DNA from: the human T2T-CHM13v2.0 reference genome, Homo sapiens
Direction: 5' to 3' (one strand)
Assembly: GCF_009914755.1 (NCBI RefSeq)
Contig: NC_060946.1
DNA length: 64,000 bases
Shown here: in pieces, positions 53,896-64,000 of the stretch
Numbering within the stretch: position 1 is the stretch's first letter
How the letters are laid out: the number at the start of each line of letters is the position of its first letter
Notes under the pieces: generated by a model
The model's input: only the letters and a program-made list of their open reading frames with translations
What the model was told of the DNA's origin: nothing
Database searches by the model: none
Made by a program: the position numbers and the translations under genes

Positions 53896-56531
53896 TGAAC
53901 AGAGGAGTGCCAGGCCTGAGAAGGGGGCGGCCGCAGGAATTTTGGGCCTTTAGGAAGAGAAAGGCTGGTAGGAGGACCAGGGGGACAATTTCACAATGTC
54001 TCAGGGGCCTTTCCTGGGTGAGATGACAAGAGTTGATTCTGGCTCTGTCACTTGGGTGCTGTGTGACCATGAGTAAGTCACTTTGCTTCTTTGAACCTTA
54101 GGGGGTCTGGATGGGCAATACTGCTCTGGGCTGGAGGCAGGGGCATGGCTCAGAGGACTTGGCCTGGGAGTCTGACCCAGCTGCGTCTCTGATGGGCTCT
54201 GGCTGGGCTGGCTGGGGTGCTGCCCACGTGTCACGGAGAGGCCCCTAGATGGGGGTGGTCAAGTCCTGTCTGCCATGTGTGTGACCCTGGGCAGTCTCCT
54301 CTCTCTGAGCCTCAGCACCTCCACCTAAAAAGGAGACGGCAGACGAATCACCCCTTCCAGCCCTGGGAGCCCAGGGTGTTAGCCACACACGCCATGGGGG
54401 CTGCCTTGATCTCAGGCACCCTGACGCCTGACCACTGAGTGAGCCAGCCCCTGGGAACCCACCCAGTTTTCCATATTTCTGGCCTGTTGGGCAAACAGAG
54501 TCCTTGGGGCCACTGTCTCCTTGGTTTTCACCACCCCTCTCACCTCCACCCTCAGGTCATGTGGGTTGTGGCCTGGGGTTGGAGACAACAGTGGGGCTGG
54601 CCCAGGAGGGAGAGGAGTACTGGTTTCGGGAGGAGCTGGGCCTGCCTCTTGTCTGTCTTGGAGAGAGCCCTGGGTCTAAGGGGTGGGGCAGAAAGCAGCC
54701 CCCCTCCATCAGGAGGGACTTTTCAGTCCCGGGAGCTGCGCAGAGCGAGGGTTCCCCCGGCATCCCCATGGCCAGGGCTGCTGAGGCTGGACTGGGATAG
54801 AGGTGGTTCAGGTCTCGGCCTTAACTGGTGGGATACGGACTCTCTTCAGGCCAGAGATGTGGCGACTCAAAAGCACAGCAACTTTAAAGGTGTCAGCTCT
54901 GGGACACTCAGACTGAAAACTTCTGCGACAGTCTAAGGGTTCAAAGTTAAGATTTAAGGCTCAGCGACACTGAAATTCTAAGCTTCTGTCATTCAAAGGC
55001 TGCAAAATTCTGTGTTTCAAAGAGTGTGTGAGCCTAAGACTTGGTGGCTGTGATGCTGTGTGCCTACGAGTTGGAGGATTCTGGACCCGGTGGCTGCAGC
55101 CGCTGCTGGCCTGAGAGTTCATAGCTGAATTGGGTCAGGTGGGAGAGGGGCCAAGGAGGGTTCCACAAACAGAGACCCAGGAGACGTGGCTGTCCATAGG
55201 GCTGTCCCCTGGAGCAGAGACTCAGTCGTGGGGAGCTCAGGGTGGGCTTTAGGGGCTTGGGATGGGGTGCGTGTGTGGGTGGGGCAGGGGCTGAAGCCTC
55301 TAGGATTCTTTCCTGGCTGGAAACTTCACTCCCTCTTGTGCTCTGTGGGAGGGGGCCTGGGGCAGTGCTTAAGCTTGTACTCCTCAATGGGACACCATTG
55401 GCATTTGGGGGTTGACGGTGCTTTGTAGTCTTGTCTGTCTTGCATATTCAATAGTAGTAGTGTCCTTCAATCATTGTGACTACCATAAATGACCTTTCAC
55501 ATGTCTAGACCCTGCAAAGGGCGACTCTTTCCCCCACTGAGAACCCAAAGGGGTGGTGGGTGCGTAGCATCAGAGTCAGGCTGGTGGGAGCTGCTGTCAT
55601 GATGGCCAGGCCCGGGAAGGGGAGGGCAGCATGGGAGGGTCCCCCAGACAGCCTGTCCTGAGCTCATGTCCTGGTGCTGAGGGGCCCTGGCCCAGAGCCA
55701 GCTGCTCTTTGAAGCCTGGTGCTCCCTGACTCAGCTCCTCTTCCAGCCCGGAGCTAGGCCCTGAGTCACCGCCTGACTCACTGGAGAGCCAGCAGGCTGC
55801 TGGGACCCTTGTGGAGCCTGCAAGGTGGGGTGGGAAAGGGCCACTCGCCCATATGTCAGCACCGCTCCCTGCCTGGCCTGGGCCGTGGGCATGGGCTGTC
55901 AGCTGCAGATGCAGCTGCAAGGCCTCTGGATTCGAAATGTCAGGGGATACATTGTGCTACTTGAATCACGGGGAGGTGGCGTGTGGCACCGTGGAAAGCG
56001 CTGGGCACCTGAATCACACAGACCCAGAGGCTGGTTCTGTCTCTTGCTGTGTGACCATGGGTCAGTTTCTTAACATTTCCGAGCCCCAGTTTCCCCACCT
56101 GTCAAACACGGGTGGTAATACCCACTCCACAGGGTTGATTGCACTGAGGACAGAGCAGGACAGTGTGACAGTGGAGTTTGGGAACTGGAAAAGCCACCAT
56201 ATGTGTGGTTATCACTCTGATTACCTGTGCCTGAACCCTGAACAGGGCCCTCACGTACTGCTGAGTCAACACTCTGCTTGCTGTAGATTCAATTAGACAT
56301 TGGGGACAGGTCTTTAGATAGAACATAACACCTTCAGAGGACATTGTTTCCAAGGAACATCAGACCCAATCTCTGTTAACTTAGGTGGATTTGAGCTTGT
56401 TCTGCTGCTAGTGGCCATGCCCCCATCAGTGCAGACATTGCTAATCGAGCCTGCCGGCATTCTCCAGCAGGGCACCTCTGGCAGCTATGGGGAGCCATCA
56501 GCCTGAAACCTATTATTATTTTCCACCCTAG

Positions 56532-56860
<329 letters not shown>

Positions 56861-57488
56861 TTCAGAGCCTTTCTTAGGAGCATAGCTGGCTGCATATGAG
56901 TGAAGGGCCAGAGTGGGTTGCACTCACTTCCTTTTCCCCCTCCCTGAGCCTCAGTTTTCTTATCTCTTTAATGGGTTGATTAAAGATGATTAGCGATGGT
57001 TCCTGTAAAGCACCCAGCGGTGTGTCCAGCACAAAAATGTGCAGGATGAGAGCTGATGCTGATTGCTGAAAGCATTTTGTCAGCTTTAACCCTCATAACC
57101 ACCCGTGGGGATAGGGGCTCTCATAGCCCCATTTTACAGATGAGGAAAGTGAAGCTCAAAGAGGTTGAGTCACTTTTATCCAGGGTTGCACAGCCAGGCT
57201 GTGGCGGAGCTGGCATCAAAACCCCGATTTCTGTGCCTCCCCAGTCCTGGCTTTTATTCAGGACAACATTGCCACCTGCAGAGTCTGGAGAAACACCAGG
57301 TTCTCCACACTCCACCAGGGCAGAGAGGAGCTTCCCGTTTCCAGGCAGTGGGGCAGTGGCGCTTCTGCTGTGGTGGGAAGCAGTGATGCATAGTGCGGAA
57401 GCCAGTCGGCTGTGAAGGCCGCCTCTCTGCTCGGGAAAGGGGAGGGCGCCAGCCTGCGGGGAGGCAGGAGAGGCCAGCTGCCCAATAA

Positions 57489-58118
<630 letters not shown>

Positions 58119-60205
58119 AATGTCTGTGCTTCTAAGCGGCCATCTGGTTCTGCCCATGCACCTGGTGGAGACCCCTGCCTCTCGCATCCACTGGTTTCAT
58201 CTGGCACTGGGCAAGAAGAGGCCAGGGCGCCCGGTCTCCTCATGGCCCCTCGAAGCCCAGTCTTGTGCTGCGCGTGACGAGGGTTGAGGCTGTCGAAGGA
58301 GGGAATGGCTCGTGTTCATCCATTGTTCTCCCAGTCATTAGTACATCCACCGAGCATTTCCTGAGTGTGAGCTGTGAACCTGGACTGCGCGGAGCACAGC
58401 TCTGGTCTTTTTGTACAGGAGGAAAACTGCTCTGGCTGTGCAGCCAGGAGACCCGTCGAGAGGCGCCTGTGGGACGATGGCGAGAAACGACGGTGGACCA
58501 GCGTGCCGGCTGAGGGCCTGGAGAGGGGGCTTGGTGCAGCCCTGGCTCCTTTAGGGTTGGCGTTAGGAGATGGAGACTCAGAGGTGACCCCAGGGTCGGT
58601 GGCTTGGTTGCCAGGTGAAGGAAGATCTGCTCCTGGCTTCTTAGACCAGTGGCCTTGGCCAAGTTCCTTGCCCTTGCTGAGCGTCTGTTTGCTCATCTGT
58701 GAAATGGGGGCCACAGTGACCCCCAGTTGGGGATATTAAGGGGGATCCAATGAGAATTCTGGGGCAAGCATGGACAAACTAAGTGCTGAGTGGCAGCTGT
58801 GTGTACACTGGAGCTGACGGAGTCGCTGACAGGGTCCTGAGCCTGCAATGGGCGGAGACGCCTAGGGCTTGGCCAGGGTGGGAAATTGTTGGCTCCTGGA
58901 GGTGGGAGGGCGGGAAGGTGGGGAGTGGGGCCTGGAGAGCTGTAAGTGTGTTGGGAGAGGAATGGCGCCATCTCTGCAGAAGACCTCCTCCCATCGCCTG
59001 CTGTCCCTGCCCTGGTCACTTAGCCCCTGCCCCTGCCTCTGAGCAGGCCACCTCTCAGTTCTGCTCCAGACAGGGCCTCAGGCCTCTGGATAAAGGCCTC
59101 TGGGACTCTCTGGGAGCTCTGAACTATTAGGAAGTCCTCCCTTAATCTAATCTCCATCCTCCCTGCCCCCAGTCCTTTCTGGTGGGGCTACTGGGAGTGT
59201 CTGGGGTTGGGTTCTTCCATCTCTTCTTGTCTACACAGGCAGCTCCTGGGACCTTGCCCCACGTGACGACTGGTACCACCCTCCCTCCTCCTCCCCTGCT
59301 CTGCAGAGAGAGCACTGGGCCAGGTACCCAAAACCGTGTGACCTTGGCAGTCACCTCTCCCCTGGGCTCCCCCTCTCCTCCCCAGTTCGCCTTCCTCCTT
59401 GGGGGTTTGTCTGCTGTCAAGTGCTGTGTACCCGGAGGGGCTGCTGTCCCAGCCCTGCTCCACTGCTCCCTGCCTCCCTTCATTTGTGTGCTGATTCTTT
59501 CCTCACTCCCCGTAGCTCCTGGGAATCGGCTAACTGAGCCTGGACTCGAGGTCTCCACCATCTGCCTATTATCCTCCAGCCCTATTCTTCCCGTTCTTTC
59601 CCTTGGGGTCCAGTGCTCTGTTTTGAAGCCCCAGCCAGCTGCTGAGGCTTCCCAGCCTTTCCCCTCCTCTGCCTTTGCTCCTGCTGGGCACCACCTGTGA
59701 TGCCCTTCCCCATCGCCGTGGTTCTCAACCCCACCAGCCCCACAAGCCCAACTTCCAGGCACCATCGGCAGGAAGTCTTCCCTTTTCCTCACTAGCCTCC
59801 TCAGCCCTACGTGGGCCCTGCCCTTCTGTCCTCCCAGTAGTTGTTTGCTGCTAGCTTTGTCCCCTGCACTGGGCTATGACACCCTGGAAGACAGGGCTTA
59901 CGCCTCTGACGTTACCATGTCTCCAATGCCCAGCACAGGCCTGGCGCTGCCAAGCTTCAGGCACTCTCCAGTTCACAGAGCTCTTCCCCACCTACCATGA
60001 CCCATCAGACTCTCTGAGCACTCCTAAGAGGGTACAGGGCAGCGAGTGCCAACTCTCCAACCATGGCTGGGGAGACTGAGGCCCAGGAAGGGAGCATGCC
60101 ATGCCTAGGGCCACACACTGAGTCATCAGCAAAGCCAGAGAAGGCAAGCTCAGGACCCAGACTGTCAGGTAAGAGCCATCCCTACCCTAGCCCGCTTATG
60201 GCTGG

Positions 60206-60924
<719 letters not shown>

Positions 60925-63078
60925 TCTGGGGAAGGGGCTCTTTAGAGGGGGAGGTGTCCCTTCTGCCTTCAGTCCTGGCCTAATGGGCTGTCCAGACGGG
61001 AGGCCAGCATTACTGGAAGCAGCAACACATGTCTGGGAAATTGTCCGTTTCCCTCCAACTGCTGTGGAGAAAGTTGTTTTTCTCAGAAATAAAAGTCAGC
61101 CTCAGGCACCATTCCCAGGGATGCTCAGCCGGGCCAGAGCGGAGGCTGCACTTTCACTGACCAGCAGGGTGGGCCCAGCAGGCATTGGAGGAGCCTGACC
61201 CCCAGGGCAACCTCAGGTACCCTGGCATGGAGGTTTTCGTGTAAAGAGAACTGCAAGGCTGTCCCTGATCCAACCTGGGGGCACTGGTGAAGCCTGCCTA
61301 GGGGAGGGGCTATTCAGCCTGGGTCTTGCTGTATAAATAGGAATTTTCCAGAACAGTTCAGGGAGGGTTTTCCAGGCAGAGGGAACACGGTAGGGCACAG
61401 GGAGGGGTTTAGTGAGGCTGGAACCATGTGGGGCAGGGGCTGGATGGCAGGGTGTCAAATGCCAGGTTAGAGCTTACACTTGGTCTTGTGGGCCACGGGT
61501 GGGTGTCTAGCAGGGGTGGGACTTGGGCAAATTCACTTATTAGAATGGTGACTCCCAAAGCAGACTGGAGGATGCTTGAGGGAAAGACTGAGGCATAGAA
61601 ACCAGGTAAGAGGCCCCTACAATGGATACCGATGGATGGATTGATCACCCATTCATTCGACAAGTGTTGGAGCCCAGCTATGTGTTGGACACTGGTCTGG
61701 GCTTGAGTGGAGGCGCCCCCAGGCCTGTTCAGCCATGTCATGTGGGACCGCAGTACACCAGGCCTGGGCACCCGGTGGTGACCCTAAGGAGTCCCCAGCC
61801 TGATGGAGGAGGCAGAGCCACACCCGAATCACACTCTTGTGAAGGAAAGTGGAGCCTAGGCTGGGTAGAGGGAACCTCTGGGGGGCATGAGTGACAGGAG
61901 AACAGGGCAGCCAGCTTGTTCTGAGTGGGGATGCCACAGGAGCCTCCTCCCATGAAGAAGGAAGCCTCAGAGCTAGGGCAGGAGAGAGTGGGAGGGGAGA
62001 AGTGGGGAGGCAGAGAAGTGGGATGGGGCATGGCCTCCTGGCTGAGGAAGCAGCCTGATCAAGGGCTCAGAGCTGAGTTTAGGGTCACCAGGTTGCTAAT
62101 AGCCTGGTGTGTGGGCTGGGAGAGGATGTGCATGAGGATGGAAGGACATTTGGGGTCCAGATTCTGGAGGGCAGAACGGAAGACTGCGAGGGGAGGCACC
62201 GGTGTGGATGAGGGGCCTTTTGTATGCTGGGTGCCGTTCCTGCTCCCAGCAGCTGAGCCGGCCCTGAGTCACCCGTTTGACAGAGAGGCGAAGTGCCTGT
62301 CCTGGGCCACCCAGCCTGGTGGGGGCTTGGATGGGAGACCTGATGGGATGGGAAGTCTCATAATTGAAGGAGAACTAGAAAGCAAGCTGGCCGGCTGTTG
62401 AAGGGCCAGCCCCTGCCAGGGAATTTAAGACATGATTGGATTTTTACTGGTCCATCCTACCTGGGCTTCTGCCCTGCTGCCTCCCTCAAACTGCCTCATG
62501 GTCCCATTGAGAGACAAATAGCCTCATTTATTTTCCTTGGAGAGAAATCAATAAGTCTTTTTAATCAGCCAGGATGTCTTCTGCTAATCTGTCTCCAGCT
62601 CTCCTGTAGGACCACCTTTCACATTTCTATCCTCATCTGCCGAGTGGAGCCATGCTTTGCTCTCTAGTCTTCCTCTTCTTCCCCAAGTTCAAATCCTGAC
62701 ACCGGTGCTTATCCTGTGTGATGCTGAGCAAGCTATCTGGCCTCTCTGAGTGCACTTCCAAGCAGGAGGAGAAGGCTTGGTTGGCTGAGATGTGCTGTGC
62801 GAATGTGAAGGCTTGTGGTGCAGAGCCGTGGGAAGAGGGCCGAGGTGGAGGTGGACAGAGCAGGGGGTGCTGAGGACTATACCTGGCTTTTCCCAGTGGA
62901 GCAGTGGGGGAGGCTCCCAGCCCCACACACATGTCACAGTGAAAGGATGATTATGGATTGACTCTCCCCAAGGTACAGTTTGGGCTTCACCAAGTACAAG
63001 CTTGACCTCAGGCAAGTAACCCCTCCTCTCTGGGTCTCAGTTTCCTTATCCATAAAATTGGGGTGGGGTGGGCTATAT

Positions 63079-63300
63079 CAGTGGTTTTCAATCGGGGTGA
63101 CTTTGCCTGCCAGGGGACACTTCATAATGTCTGGAGATGGTTTTGGTTGCTCCAACGTGGGGAGGATGTGCTACTGGTTTCTAGTGGGTAAAGGCCAAGT
63201 ACACTACAGTGCACAGGATAGAGGATAGAGTCCCACAGCAAAGAATTATCCAGCCCCAGTGACAAAGAATTATTCAGTGGCACTCAGTCTGAAAAACCCA
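63079..63300. mobile_element. MER20-like DNA transposon
   Basis: CAGTGGTTTTCAATCGGGGTGACTTTGCC...ATGTCTGGAGA...ACAGTGCACAGGA...AAAGAATTATCCAGCCC. Confidence 0.78.
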
Positions 63301-63489
63301 GCCCAGGCAGTCTCTGAGATCTCTTGAAGCTCTGAAAGTGTAGAACAGTATGGAGTCGAGGGCCTTGGAGGGAGGGCACCAAGACTGAGAGTGGGGATCC
63401 CTGAAGGAGGAGGAGGAGATGGTACAGTCACATAGACTTGGATTAGAACCCTGGAGCTAACATTTACTGAAATGTCACATTCCCAACTA

Positions 63490-64000
63490 CCTTCCCATAC
63501 TCCCACTCACCCATCTTCCCCCATACACCCCCCCACCCATCTTTCCCCCATACACCCACCCACCCATCTTTCCCCCATACACTCACTCACCCATCTTTAC
63601 TCCCCACCCACCCTTCTTTGCTTCATCACTCCATCCGTTCATCCAACCATCCATCTATCCATCCATCCATCCATTAATCTATCTAACCATCCATTCATCC
63701 ATCTAACCATCCATCCATCCAAGCATCCAACTATCCATCCATCCATCTAACAATCCATCCATCCCTCCATCCATCCACCCACCCATCCATCCATCTGTCT
63801 TTCCATCCAAGCACCCAACCATCCATCCATCCATCCATCCATCCATCCATCCATCCATCCATCCAACAATCCGTCCATTCATCCATCCAACTGTCCATCC
63901 ATGCATGCATCCATCTCTCCATCCATCCATCCATCCATCCATCCAGCCATCCATGCATGCATCCATCTCTCCATCCATCCATCTATCCAACAATCCATCC
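63490..64000 (+). repeat. (CCAT)n / (CCAC)n tetranucleotide-rich repeat, running off the window end
   Basis: Seen directly. Confidence 0.96.

Noticed and set aside
58962-58980. Reverse-strand CTCF-like GAGATGGCGCC
   Set aside because: It lacks the conserved 5' CC of the core motif; too weak to call.
59135-59152. TCCCTTAAT as a U12 branch site for the CACNA1I intron
   Set aside because: Imperfect match, and not followed by an AC acceptor and channel-coding sequence.

Overview
Human (primate) genomic DNA: GC-rich, Alu-dense, and consistent with the 22q13.1 ATF4-RPS19BP1-CACNA1I interval. It contains three genes. (1) The complete ATF4 gene (+): TATA promoter, start-stop element, uORF1, spliced uORF2 and a 351-aa bZIP CDS, here carrying a Pro22 codon. 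(2) The complete, convergent RPS19BP1/AROS gene (-): 4 coding exons, 136 aa. (3) The 5' end of CACNA1I (Cav3.3 T-type Ca channel, +): the first coding exon ends at a U12-type (AT-AC class) 5' splice site, and the next exon is outside the window. The most interesting structure is a probable CACNA1I regulatory module: a near-perfect REST/RE1 site at 26.6 kb, and a TATA-containing CpG island at 38-39 kb with a strong splice donor. That donor would join a strong acceptor 21 nt before the CACNA1I ATG. The resulting leader has a short strong-Kozak uORF plus an out-of-frame overlapping uORF, loosely like the neighbouring ATF4 leader. Other oddities are an Alu carrying a segment apparently copied from a neighbouring Alu, a closely spaced inverted Alu pair, an old local duplication next to the RE1 site, and large UG-rich and TGG/TGA-rich repeats in the predicted first CACNA1I intron. 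I found no rRNA, tRNA or CRISPR features. Most entries in the ORF track are spurious (Alu-derived, low-complexity or GC-rich). Repeat boundaries are read by eye and approximate.
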